Shown piece by piece: positions 16,145 to 26,158 of a stretch of 64,000 nucleotides of DNA (position 1 is the stretch's first letter; every line of letters starts with the position of its first letter). The notes below the pieces were generated by a model, which was given only the letters and a program-made list of their open reading frames with translations, was not told the origin of the DNA and did no database searches. The translations under genes were made by a program, and so were the position numbers. Source of the stretch: an uncultured virus (IMG/VR IMGVR_UViG_3300002460_000002) (Duplodnaviria > Heunggongvirae > Uroviricota > Caudoviricetes); IMG/VR virus record IMGVR_UViG_3300002460_000002, positions 1 to 64,000 of that record; one strand, 5' to 3'.

Positions 16145-17986
16145 TCAAATCAGTGTCATCGCATCAGCGTCAACTCCTATAAATGTTGAAGACTTACGGA
16201 TCTCGGTCTCACCCACCAACGATTCATCCCCCATGTGTTGAACCAACCCAGGGAAGTGCAGCGCGGCCTTCGCACCCGGAAACGCCTTGGCATAGGCCAT
16301 GTCTCCTGCATGGCGCTCGGACCAATTTTTGACGACACCAGAATCCAGAATCTTCTGGGCCGTTTCGCACGACATCGAGATCGCCACGTTGCGGATGAAG
16401 GCATCCGTGAACAGGTACATTGGCGGTCCCTGGCGAAACGGCGCACCGAGTTCGCTCCACCAAACCGTGATCGGCGCATCTTCTGAAGGCACCACTCGCG
16501 CGATGTAATCGAGCGCGTTCTTCGCCAGGACGACATCGTCCTCGAACAGGGTGAGGCGCTTGGCGCCGAGAGCGATCGCAGCACGAAGCCCACGAAAAAA
16601 AGTTTTGGCTTGGCCTTGATCCCGTACTCCCTCTGCAATCCATCCCGGGCTGGGCGCACCAACACCCGTACCATCCACTATCAAGATTCTTGGCCCTCTC
16701 CATCGCCCTGCACCGGCCGCGTCTAGGCTCGCGAGCGTCTGCTCCCGTAGCTTGTCTCGCCCTTCTGTTGTCTGCACCACCAACGCGTGACTCTCGTCGT
16801 CCGGCGGACCGAAACGAACCGGCCGCACGTTCTCAACAGACTCGCGCCGGATCTCTTCCAACCGGCCGGGCTCAGACGCCACCAAAGAGATCGGCGGCTC
16901 GTGCGTGATCGCGCCTGCGGCCTCGTACCATCCGATCGCGGACTCGTAGTCCATTCGATCCAAGGCAATCTCCCCGAGCAGCTTCAACGCGTCCGCCCGA
17001 AAATTTCCATGCAACGACCGAAGTGACCATTGCTCGGCCTCGGCCAGTTGTTCCTTGTTGTAGTAGGCCAACGCCAGGGTAAGCGCCGCCAAGCCCCGCT
17101 CAACCGCGCCTGCATCCGGTCGCAGACGAATCTCCTTCACCAAAGCCTCCGCCACCACAAGATCTCCAGCGTTGATGGCTTGACTCAAATTCATTCGCGT
17201 TTTCTCCTTCACCTGAAAATATCGCCGCGCGATGTAATCTTCCGGGATCTCGTACTCCATCACCCGCTCAAAATTTTCTTGAATAGCTGGCAACATCGAC
17301 TCGTACCGCTCACGGGACAACCCCTTCACAGTGAAGGTCTCATCTAATTTGATGATCCCCGCTGGATTGAAGAAATCGCCGATGTCCGGTGCGCCGCAGT
17401 AGATCGGCACGGTACCGGTCGCGAAACAGTCGAGAATCTTCTCGGTGAAGTAACCGGCCGAAACCGCATTCTCCATCGCCACCGAAAACATGTAGTCACA
17501 GAGTCCCTCCTCTTTCATTCTGATACTGGAGTCGAGACCGAACACGTCGATCATATTCTGGTGTGCCCGCGCCCACCGAACCCGCTCCCGGTGCCCAGGC
17601 AACGCCGTCTTCGCTGACGTGATCATCGAACACAGCTTCGTCTTCGGATGAATCCGCATGTCCTTGATCCAGATTCCGGATGCTGGCGCCCAATAACACT
17701 TGATGCCGTTGTTGGCCATTACCGTCGAATGCGTGAAGATCTTTTCAAACCGGTTCATCAGCGGCGCGAGCTTCAACAACACACGATCCGTCCAGGCCGG
17801 AGTCTCCAACACCCAGGCGTAATGGGGACCGGCACCTTTCAGCTCCGGCTCCAACGCGTTCATGTCTACGTGAAACGTCGGCGCGGCTGACCTACATGAA
17901 TGATCCCACGTTACTAGTTTGGCGCTCTTGCCGGCGCACGTGCTGGGGGCGCCTTTGAAAGCGACGCCGTCGACGTTCCAGATCAT
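16145..17986 (-). CDS. Multidomain glycosyltransferase: GT10 fucosyltransferase-like + TPR + GT-A
   Basis: YMFSVAMEN...YFTEKILDCFATGTVPIYCG matches the GT10 motif; central TPR; C-terminal LFEDDV and LVQHMG. Confidence 0.8.
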   Translation of the reverse strand: MIWNVDGVAFKGAPSTCAGKSAKLVTWDHSCRSAAPTFHVDMNALEPELKGAGPHYAWVLETPAWTDRVLLKLAPLMNRFEKIFTHSTVMANNGIKCYWAPASGIWIKDMRIHPKTKLCSMITSAKTALPGHRERVRWARAHQNMIDVFGLDSSIRMKEEGLCDYMFSVAMENAVSAGYFTEKILDCFATGTVPIYCGAPDIGDFFNPAGIIKLDETFTVKGLSRERYESMLPAIQENFERVMEYEIPEDYIARRYFQVKEKTRMNLSQAINAGDLVVAEALVKEIRLRPDAGAVERGLAALTLALAYYNKEQLAEAEQWSLRSLHGNFRADALKLLGEIALDRMDYESAIGWYEAAGAITHEPPISLVASEPGRLEEIRRESVENVRPVRFGPPDDESHALVVQTTEGRDKLREQTLASLDAAGAGRWRGPRILIVDGTGVGAPSPGWIAEGVRDQGQAKTFFRGLRAAIALGAKRLTLFEDDVVLAKNALDYIARVVPSEDAPITVWWSELGAPFRQGPPMYLFTDAFIRNVAISMSCETAQKILDSGVVKNWSERHAGDMAYAKAFPGAKAALHFPGLVQHMGDESLVGETEIRKSSTFIGVDADAMTLI

Positions 17987-18867
17987 CGGATGAGGCTCGC
18001 GTAGAACTTGGAGGCTTCTTCACAGGCACGCACGTGCGTCGGAATGCCGTCAGGTTGCTGAAACCGTTGCGTCCACGAGTGATCCTTGTACAGCAAATCG
18101 TTCTGAACTCGCTTCCCATTGAGAAAAGCCTGCGCCAAAACGTCCAGCTCCGTCTCAGGAACCGTCTTCCAGGGCGCACCGAATCTACCCGCTGTCGTGC
18201 TTTCCTTGTTCACCTGCCAGGTCATGCAACACGGTTTACTGGGCCCGACGTGCCGACGGTTTCGCCACAGATGAGGATGAGTGACTCCGATCGTCTCAAG
18301 ATGATTCGGAGTCAGGCTCTGTTTTTTCCACTCGAGCCCTGCCTCGGCCGCGGCCGCGGCACCATCGAGAACACGAAGGTAGTCTTCACGACAGTAGAGG
18401 GCGCCGTCTGAGTGCCAAAGGTAACCATGATCTCGTCCGGGGCTGTTCTCACGAAGCCAGTAACCTCCGCGATGTGGATTTGGATGGTGCCAATCTGGAT
18501 CACCGAGACGCCACGACCACACAAAGGCGTATCGTTCAACCAAAACAGAAACAGCGTATCGAAAATCGGCAGGCCGGTAATAGATCTGGTCGTCGACGTT
18601 GATGCAAACGTACGAACCGTCCGGTGCAGTTCGGACCGTGTCCTCGAGCGCGGCCGCAAGACCAAAACCCCTCCCCTCTTGGATGAAAGTCGTCGAGACT
18701 TTCCGCTCTTCACTCATCAGTCTGGTGTACGCATCTTCATGTAACTGGCCCGTCGCTCGGCAGATGACCGTGATGTGGTTGATACCGGTGCACATATCGT
18801 CCATCGACCGCAGCAGTGACTCACACTGCATGGCCCGATCCATCGAGAAGATGATGGTTTCGATCAC
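17983..18867 (-). CDS. GT-A-like glycosyltransferase
   Basis: IIFSMDRAMQCESLLRS, CINVDDQIY. Confidence 0.55.
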   Translation of the reverse strand: MIETIIFSMDRAMQCESLLRSMDDMCTGINHITVICRATGQLHEDAYTRLMSEERKVSTTFIQEGRGFGLAAALEDTVRTAPDGSYVCINVDDQIYYRPADFRYAVSVLVERYAFVWSWRLGDPDWHHPNPHRGGYWLRENSPGRDHGYLWHSDGALYCREDYLRVLDGAAAAAEAGLEWKKQSLTPNHLETIGVTHPHLWRNRRHVGPSKPCCMTWQVNKESTTAGRFGAPWKTVPETELDVLAQAFLNGKRVQNDLLYKDHSWTQRFQQPDGIPTHVRACEEASKFYASLIR

Positions 18868-19469
18868 AGATGGTCCTTCAACACTGAAAGCGCCGCTTGC
18901 ATCACCTTTTGTGAAATGTGGTTTTCGTCGATGTAGAGATCCGGATCAGACCCATCTCCAAAAGGAATCGACATGAACCATTCTCCCCACCGCTCTCGAA
19001 GACCAGCGTTGAAAGCGGCCGTGATAATGTTTCGCTCTCGACAGGTTCCAACAGCACGGCTCGCTGGCGCCGTGGGAGACGACGGCACCACGTTCCAGAT
19101 CAACACCTGAACCCCGAGTTTCCAGATCTCGTCAATCACGCCGCAGTACCGATCAAGGCACGGCTCTACTGCAGCCTTCGGAGTCCCCCCACTCTCAAGC
19201 CAGCGGCGCGTGATGTGAACCCGGCAATCAATCTCCCCGGACACCAGCATCACCTTGCTACCCGGATTCAGTGTACCCAAAATCTTGAACAACTTCTCTC
19301 GACCCCCTGATGTACTGTTCGGCTTGCAAAGGTTGTACGCCAGCACCGCACCCAGACGGTACGATCGAAACTGTGGAAGCCGATTCGATGCTGGCGTCGG
19401 CCACTCGGGTTGCACCGCGTCTTCACCAGAAAAGAAACTGGTGTGGCTGTCACCAATGCAGTGGATCAT
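18864..19469 (-). CDS. SGNH/GDSL hydrolase-like protein
   Basis: CIGDSH, GEIDCR, DENH. Confidence 0.75.
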   Translation of the reverse strand: MIHCIGDSHTSFFSGEDAVQPEWPTPASNRLPQFRSYRLGAVLAYNLCKPNSTSGGREKLFKILGTLNPGSKVMLVSGEIDCRVHITRRWLESGGTPKAAVEPCLDRYCGVIDEIWKLGVQVLIWNVVPSSPTAPASRAVGTCRERNIITAAFNAGLRERWGEWFMSIPFGDGSDPDLYIDENHISQKVMQAALSVLKDHL

Positions 19470-20761
19470 ACCGACGCCTCTAAAATCCCGCGCCGAAGCG
19501 CGCCGTGGAGCCGGATTCGGTACTCGAGATTGACCCGCTTCACCATCGCGACCAGCTCCTCAACAGTCGGGTAACCTTCCGCGCCGAAGCTCAATAGATC
19601 ATCGATGAACAGTGTGTGGTCTCGTCGCGGCGCACCTATGAGCGCCTCCATCTCTGCCCTAATCGCCGTCGAAGTCGCGCCGGCCGAAGTCTTGCCGCCG
19701 GAATAGTGCGCATCAAGCCACAAGGTCGCGCGTCGGCCTTCTAGCCCGGCAAGAATCCCCGGCAATAATGCCCCAGAATCCCCATGAAGAATGTGGACAC
19801 CTGAAACATCCGCAAACCGCTCGACCCCTTGCCGCCACAGTGACTCAGAAATCTCGACGGAGATCACGGTGTCAAACACGGCTCGCGCAACAGACGTTGA
19901 CAAGCCTCGATAAAACCCAGTCTCGATGAACATCGTCGACGTCGCTGCGGCCTTCTTCAGGAGATGCAACGGCACGCTGTACGGCTCGAACGTGGTACCG
20001 AGCGGAGGCATCTCGGTTTCATCCGGTAGACCCCCAAACGACCGCGGGATTCCCCAGAAGAGCATGTAGTTGTTGGGACCGGTGAGTGGTACCTCTGGGT
20101 ATCGCTGCACCCCCAACGGGCCGAACAAGCCCGGCAACAGGTCCGCCGCAGCGTTGGCCGAGATGTACCCGCGGGGGCAGTTCATGGCAACTCGAGAGAC
20201 GTACAGCTTGATCACATCTGGCGGAAGTTCGCTCAGGGCGTAGTTGCTGATGAAAAGATCGGCTTCGATCTTCTGCGGCAACTCGAACGCGTTCACTAAA
20301 TGCGCTTCGGTGCCGAGCGTGTGCAGGTACTTCTGGGCAAGAGCGAGCGGCTCCGGCAAGTCAATGATTGTGTAGTCACTACTCGGCCAACGGGCCTTCA
20401 CGAGCCGAGCCAAGCCACCATACCCACCACCAACCTCCACGATTCGAGCCCCATTCAGGTCGCCAAAAAACCACGCTATGTCTGAAACATTCTTCGCGTA
20501 TCGAAGCGTCGTCGGGGATACCCGTCCAGCTTGGAGATACTCTTGTCTAACTGGCGATCCGATCGAATCATTCGTCTGCCACACATCGGGACGAAACTCA
20601 CCGGATGAAACACACTTTGCGTACTCAATACCCTGCTCCGGCGTCACGTGCTCGAGAATCCGCGTGTACTCCGGTCGTTGTCGAAATGTCGCGAACACCG
20701 CCGGATCTGCGACGGCCTGCCGGCAAAGCTCGCAGTAGTCAGTGTAATTGATGTCTGTCAT
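19466..20761 (-). CDS. Double SAM-dependent methyltransferase (sugar O-methyltransferase-like)
   Basis: IVEVGGGYGGL, FISNYALSE; second domain FIETG, GDSG, WLDAHYSGG, IDD. Confidence 0.8.
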   Translation of the reverse strand: MTDINYTDYCELCRQAVADPAVFATFRQRPEYTRILEHVTPEQGIEYAKCVSSGEFRPDVWQTNDSIGSPVRQEYLQAGRVSPTTLRYAKNVSDIAWFFGDLNGARIVEVGGGYGGLARLVKARWPSSDYTIIDLPEPLALAQKYLHTLGTEAHLVNAFELPQKIEADLFISNYALSELPPDVIKLYVSRVAMNCPRGYISANAAADLLPGLFGPLGVQRYPEVPLTGPNNYMLFWGIPRSFGGLPDETEMPPLGTTFEPYSVPLHLLKKAAATSTMFIETGFYRGLSTSVARAVFDTVISVEISESLWRQGVERFADVSGVHILHGDSGALLPGILAGLEGRRATLWLDAHYSGGKTSAGATSTAIRAEMEALIGAPRRDHTLFIDDLLSFGAEGYPTVEELVAMVKRVNLEYRIRLHGALRRGILEASV

Positions 20762-22830
20762 GGTCTCTCAAGCCTCGGATACGGCTTCCGCGAGAAGACC
20801 AGGTCACGCACGCGGGTCTGCCCCATCGGGTCAACCTTGTGGTCGTTGTCCGGCGTCTCCATGTTGTACCTATAGAGGATCTCCGGAATGTGGACCGCAC
20901 GCTCACGGGCCATCTCCAACATCGGAATCATGAGCGCCACGTCGCCGCCAGTTGTGAACCATTCCCCGGCGTCGTCCTTGAAATCAACCAAGTCGATCTT
21001 GTCAAACAAGAACCGCTTGAACGTTTTCAAGTGCGAACCGGCCCATGGAACCTGACGGTGAAGACCTTCGCGCGCGACCTTTGCCGGGTACGCGTTCATC
21101 CAGGTGAGCTTCCCCAAGGTGTCGCACCACGAGCCGTAGGTCATCCAGGCGCCGGCCTGGTACGCCTTCTCTACGTCCACTAGAACGCCGGGGTTCGCGA
21201 GCCAATCGTCGCCGTCGAGAACCACGCAGACATTCTCAGGATCATTCGCTCCGATGCTGGTCAAACCGTTTCGGATGTTGTGAAGAGACCCAAGCCGCAT
21301 CCCGTTACCCATGAACATGAAACTGTGTCGAATCGGTCTCTTGTTGATGAATGCTTGGATCTCTCTCACAGTGCCGTCGGTTGAAGCGTCATCAACCACA
21401 ACGCAATTAACATCAACGCAGATCTGGCCCTCAACAGACTCCAGGCACCGTCGAATCCACTTCTCCGCGTTCCTGACTGGAACAACCACGACGTACTTCG
21501 GTGGAGACTTCCCCGGCATCAACTTTGGGTCCAACTCCTTCTGGATCTCCGCTAGACGTTCCTCTCGCTCATCCACTAGTTGTGAAATCTTGACCCGGGA
21601 CCGCGTCTCGGGAACCACGCAAGCCAACTGATACCAGTCCCGCGCGATCTCGTCGCTATCTTCAATTTCACCCAAGAGACACATCGCGTCCGTTCGTGGA
21701 CCGTTCGCCATCGAAGCCAGCGCCCACTCTTTCGCCTTGGAAAAGTCTTCCCTCCCGTAGTACGTCGCCGCCAACTGGATCGCGGCGCCGGCAGCGACCT
21801 CGGGCTGCTCCGCCAAGGCTTGGACAGCGATCTCAGCCTTGTCCAGGTTGCCGCTGATCAAGGCCTGTTGAAACGCGGCGTGTACCTGATGAATCGTCGG
21901 TCCCTGTGGCTGGGCCTGAACGCGTGTGTTCGTGCTGTGAATGAGCCCCAGGATCAACGCCGTGAACTTCTTCGACTGCTCGGCACCGTCGAGGTGTCGT
22001 TCAACATACGCACGGTATTCCCCCGAATGATACGGGCTATCAATCAAGTCTCTTAACCGCTTGAAATCTCTCCACACCCAAAGTGGATTCCAGTTCGTCG
22101 TAGCCCCTGGGAAGTCGTGGATCAACGGCTTGATCCCAAGCGCCATTGCTTCCGCGACCGTGTACGAGAGCGTCTCCCAGATCGACGGGAGCAGCAGAAA
22201 ATTTGCGTCGATCGCGTCGAGCCAGGTCGCGGTGTCAACCATCCCGGTCAAGAAAACATTTGACGGTGCGGAGTGCTCCAGGTAGCGGACCAGCCTCGGA
22301 TTCTGCTCTGCCAGGGCGAGCGTCACATGCAACTGATGTTGCGGATTCTGCCTGGCCCACTCCATCGCGAGCTGGTAGCCCTTGTCGGATGTTGCCCTAG
22401 CCACGAGCGCAAAGACGTTGCCAGGTTTGCGCTCTTTCCACGGGAACTTCGTCAGATCGATCCCCGCCGGCATCACATAGGTCAACATCTTGTTCTCGAT
22501 GAGCGGGAACTGCTCCGCCGCCAACGTCTTCAACGTCTCACTCTCGTAAACCAGCGCGTCTACGTTCGCCCAGTTCAGTTGATTGAGCGGAAACCAGACG
22601 TCGTAACCACGCATCCTGAGCACGAGGCGCTTGCAGACACCTGACGCCGCGGCCTCGAACGCAATCTCGTTGCACCACTCAGACCACACCAGATCTGCTG
22701 CCGCGCACTTCCGGGCGTCGAAAACGTGGAGGATCTCAACCTCATGCCCGTTGTTGCGTAGGTGTGCGATGACCGGCTGTGAGAAATAGGCCGGGGAGAT
22801 CGAGCCGATGTCGAGAACGATGAACTTCAT
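20758..22830 (-). CDS. GT4-like + TPR + GT2 multidomain glycosyltransferase
   Basis: PSIWETLSYTVAEAMALG; VVVPVRNAEKWI, VVDDASTD, LDGDDWL. Confidence 0.85.
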   Translation of the reverse strand: MKFIVLDIGSISPAYFSQPVIAHLRNNGHEVEILHVFDARKCAAADLVWSEWCNEIAFEAAASGVCKRLVLRMRGYDVWFPLNQLNWANVDALVYESETLKTLAAEQFPLIENKMLTYVMPAGIDLTKFPWKERKPGNVFALVARATSDKGYQLAMEWARQNPQHQLHVTLALAEQNPRLVRYLEHSAPSNVFLTGMVDTATWLDAIDANFLLLPSIWETLSYTVAEAMALGIKPLIHDFPGATTNWNPLWVWRDFKRLRDLIDSPYHSGEYRAYVERHLDGAEQSKKFTALILGLIHSTNTRVQAQPQGPTIHQVHAAFQQALISGNLDKAEIAVQALAEQPEVAAGAAIQLAATYYGREDFSKAKEWALASMANGPRTDAMCLLGEIEDSDEIARDWYQLACVVPETRSRVKISQLVDEREERLAEIQKELDPKLMPGKSPPKYVVVVPVRNAEKWIRRCLESVEGQICVDVNCVVVDDASTDGTVREIQAFINKRPIRHSFMFMGNGMRLGSLHNIRNGLTSIGANDPENVCVVLDGDDWLANPGVLVDVEKAYQAGAWMTYGSWCDTLGKLTWMNAYPAKVAREGLHRQVPWAGSHLKTFKRFLFDKIDLVDFKDDAGEWFTTGGDVALMIPMLEMARERAVHIPEILYRYNMETPDNDHKVDPMGQTRVRDLVFSRKPYPRLERP

Positions 22831-23477
22831 AGAGTTACCCACCAAGACCGTACTCCTAATTCGCCAAGAAAAAGACGAGGCTCACAACCGAAAAAATCAT
22901 TGACCGCTTTAGCAACACCGTTGACTGACGGTCGAAGCGGCGGAAACTCAGGGTAATAATCGTGCCCTGCAAGAACTCCTCCAGAACGAATCTTAGTACT
23001 TGCAACAGAAAGCTCCAGCATGACGTGTTCATACGAATGATTTCCATCAAGAAACACGAACCCCAGAGAACCGTCACGGTACTGATTTAATGCCTCTACT
23101 GAGTCCTTTCGACACACATTCACGTTTTGCCAAGCACCATGCCGCTTCATAAAGAACTCGAACGCAGCAAAAAACCCTTCGGCCTGCTCACACAACTCGA
23201 ACAAGATCGGGATTTGGGTCGAGGGCCATGCTGGATCCCATAGGTCAATTGCATCGATCTTGACCTTCTTATTTGCTTCAGTACAAGCGTCTACGAAAAA
23301 CGCGATCGAAGCACCAAAAAGAGACCCGACCTCTACTACATGATCACCGTCTCTCAATTGTACAACCGCTTCACGGTACAGATTTTGAAAATCAAACCGA
23401 CCAGGAATCCCCTTGTAGAACGTGACTGTTTTTTCTGGTCTTTCTTCGTAACGCTTGAGGTCTTCAAGATCAATCAT
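22827..23477 (-). CDS. Class I SAM methyltransferase (Methyltransf_24-like)
   Basis: VEVGSLFGAS, FVFLDGNHSYE, GGVLAGHDY; lower GC than flanks. Confidence 0.85.
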   Translation of the reverse strand: MIDLEDLKRYEERPEKTVTFYKGIPGRFDFQNLYREAVVQLRDGDHVVEVGSLFGASIAFFVDACTEANKKVKIDAIDLWDPAWPSTQIPILFELCEQAEGFFAAFEFFMKRHGAWQNVNVCRKDSVEALNQYRDGSLGFVFLDGNHSYEHVMLELSVASTKIRSGGVLAGHDYYPEFPPLRPSVNGVAKAVNDFFGCEPRLFLGELGVRSWWVTL

Positions 23478-23540
23478 TGATACCCTTTCCTGTTACAGTC
23501 ATTCCAGAACTCCGCCAAACAACTAGCGAGAGGATGGCTG

Positions 23541-24098
23541 TCACTGTTGCTTTGCGCACAAACGCGTTCCAAGATTTTCCATAGGTCCGGCACCAGTGCC
23601 GTCGCAGTGGTAGCGGACGGTCCCTATGTTACGGTACGAGGCCGATCGTGTTCCGTCGCCATTTGTAACGATCTCATCATCAATGCAGCCCAGACACGGA
23701 CCGTTCCAATCAGAAGCCATCGCAACCGCGACATCGAACGGACACTTGACGTTGACGCCGTTGAGCCGCCCTTTTATACATTCCCATCCCGGATATGCCA
23801 TCGGTGCGCACCACTTCACGTCGAGAAGCTTGACACCTCCACCAGTACATGAAGGTAGACACGAACCGCCGTAGTACTCCCCACCAGAACACGGCGTCCA
23901 GTCATCCTGAGAACCACTGACCCCACCAGTCCCACCGCTTCCTACCGCGCCAAGATCCACCTCCTGCACAGCATCGGACACCTGCTTGCCCCCTTTGATG
24001 ACGTGTCCGACATCATCGACACCGCTGTCAGAACCACCAGCCAGGCCGGTCATGTCCATCCCACCACACCCAACCAAGAAAAGCACCAACCACTTCAT
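23541..24098 (-). CDS. Cys-rich lipoprotein
   Basis: Start MKWLVLFLVGC (lipobox-like), many Cys. Confidence 0.6.
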   Translation of the reverse strand: MKWLVLFLVGCGGMDMTGLAGGSDSGVDDVGHVIKGGKQVSDAVQEVDLGAVGSGGTGGVSGSQDDWTPCSGGEYYGGSCLPSCTGGGVKLLDVKWCAPMAYPGWECIKGRLNGVNVKCPFDVAVAMASDWNGPCLGCIDDEIVTNGDGTRSASYRNIGTVRYHCDGTGAGPMENLGTRLCAKQQ

Positions 24099-24364
24099 TT
24101 GACTTTCTCCGTCTTGAACTCGAACCCGGCACCGTAGCAATCCTTGAAAACATTTTGAGCAGTCACGGCCTCCACAGCCGACATCTTGTCACCTTCGAGA
24201 TACGCCCAACCCTGACCGCCAGCAGTTACACCGGCCCACATCCCCTTCGGCCACTTTCGGAACCGGGGGTGGGTCGCGCTGCGCGGCCTGACGTAGAGGA
24301 GGTACTGGACCTTCTGGGCGCGCTTCCGACGGCGAAGTGGGGTCAGCTTAGATGTCATCAGCAC
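24095..24364 (-). CDS. Hypothetical protein
   Basis: ORF coupled to neighbours. Confidence 0.5.
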   Translation of the reverse strand: MLMTSKLTPLRRRKRAQKVQYLLYVRPRSATHPRFRKWPKGMWAGVTAGGQGWAYLEGDKMSAVEAVTAQNVFKDCYGAGFEFKTEKVK

Positions 24365-24533
24365 ACGCCTCTTGGCACTTCGTACAGCAGTTGCACTTGA
24401 AATTAGGATCGTTGTTGACGTCTGACTGGTACGGACACTCGTGTAACTTAGTGCCGATATTTTCGCAGTACGTTTTTTGACACCGTGGAAGCGACTTCTT
24501 TTTCTTCGGCATCAGTTCACCATCCCTGTCCAC
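24348..24533 (-). CDS. Small Cys-rich protein
   Basis: HECPY...CNCCTKCQEACADDI. Confidence 0.55.
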   Translation of the reverse strand: MDRDGELMPKKKKSLPRCQKTYCENIGTKLHECPYQSDVNNDPNFKCNCCTKCQEACADDI

Positions 24534-25120
24534 GACTCATCCACCGGCGTGTCAACCGTCTTCCGCCCGGTCCGGATCGCTTCGGCAATTGCGAACGCAT
24601 AAAACGCGTTGTCGGAAAACTCGAGATCGTCCAGCTTCGCGTCGTACGCGGCGAACGCAGCCCCGATCAAGAGCGCCTGTCCAACCACGTCGCTCCGGAG
24701 ACCGCGGCGGACGAAGCGGTTGATCAAGACCTTGACGTCGTGGAAGGCGTCTGCCACGGCTCGCTCTTTCTCTCGACGTTTCACGGTGTCACCTCGGTCT
24801 GGTCTGCCTCGATCTCCGGCGGGCTTCCACCGTTCCCCATCAACACCAGGACGCACAACGCTGCGATGGAAACTGCGACGGCAACCAGGGAAAGGTTCCG
24901 TCGCTCGACAGAGCACTGCCGGCAAAGACGGTCGGAGCCGAGCGGGGAGCAGTTGAAGCAATTCATCGCAAAATCTCGTAGATGCCGAAGACCGTTGCCG
25001 TCAGGGTGACCATGAACAACATCCAGGCTGCGGGCTCCTTGCGAAGCTCCTGGACCAAAATCCAGCGGTTGATTCGGTCGAGAGGGGGGATCAACATCGG
25101 TTCTTCCTTTCTATCAAAAC

Positions 25121-25135
25121 GTTAGCTTGTTAGCA
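25121..25135. promoter_or_regulatory. Operator-like 15-mer identical to 36113-36127
   Basis: GTTAGCTTGTTAGCA, intergenic at both sites. Confidence 0.55.
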
Positions 25136-25140
25136 AATAT

Positions 25141-25359
25141 TCATGTGCGCCAAAAATCCAGCCGATCCTGCATCTGATCAACCGCACTCCGCTGTGGAAC
25201 GCCTCGGGCCGCGCCTTCGGCCGCGTACAACGCCACCCACGCTTCAATTAGATAGCGCTCGACGGCACACTTGCCATCCTGGCACCCATGCTCCCGTTGG
25301 TGTCTCTCTACAAGTTTGTTGAGGCGCCACCGAAAAGCAGAAATAGGATGCGGCTTCAT
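25141..25359 (-). CDS. Hypothetical protein
   Basis: MKPHPISAFRW after a GAGGA RBS. Confidence 0.5.
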   Translation of the reverse strand: MKPHPISAFRWRLNKLVERHQREHGCQDGKCAVERYLIEAWVALYAAEGAARGVPQRSAVDQMQDRLDFWRT

Positions 25360-25759
25360 GTCTTCCTCGACACCGTCGTCCCGCACCCGCGGCACAAGCC
25401 AAGTTCCAACACAACACCAGGCTCGCCGGTTTCCTGGATCCCGATCGCGAGCGTCTGGTAAAATAGATCGGTCTTGATGCGATCGTGGTAGGTCGTATCA
25501 GCCTTGCATCGATCGTCGTGCTTGAACGCTTTCCAGCAGTACCGCGCTTTCGGATAGGCTGCGGCATCGGGAAACCACCGGTTGTTCCCGCACCACACCC
25601 ACCACACACCATCGCGCAATTCCGTGTGTTCGACGCGTGCACCGCGGTGTGAACTCGGCCGCCACATTTCGATCAAGGCACCGACCATCGGCTCGACCGA
25701 TTCACCTGGACCGCGGGGGCCTGGGTCGACGAAGTACCCGTAGTCAGACGCAGGGCGGG

Positions 25760-26158
25760 TCACGACGACACCACCGAGATCTCGAACGCCCTTCGCACTC
25801 GTGCCGCGTCCCCATCTTCGGCCGCGTTCATGGCCTCTGTCCACACCCAAGGCGGCAAATTGTCCGTCAGGGCCTCCCTGAAAGTCTCGATCACCGTGGG
25901 CGATGGTGCGTCGTAGATCCAGCCTTCAACGTCATCAACGTTGCCGGAGAACTCGACAAGATCTTTGGCCAGCCCTTCCGCGTCTTCAAGCGCCCGGCGG
26001 ATCACGTCTTCGTCAAACTCGACCTTGCGCGGGTTTTTCTTGTGCTGCAGCATGTGCGAGAGCGCCTCGATGATCAGGTCCAGGCTCTTTCCGTTGACGC
26101 CGGGGTTGATGTCGGTGCCAAAATTCCACGGTTTTCTCTTCGTTTCAGGCTTTGACAT
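25760..26158 (-). CDS. Acidic hypothetical protein
   Basis: Likely start MSKPETKRKPWNFG at 26158. Confidence 0.55.
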   Translation of the reverse strand: MSKPETKRKPWNFGTDINPGVNGKSLDLIIEALSHMLQHKKNPRKVEFDEDVIRRALEDAEGLAKDLVEFSGNVDDVEGWIYDAPSPTVIETFREALTDNLPPWVWTEAMNAAEDGDAARVRRAFEISVVSS

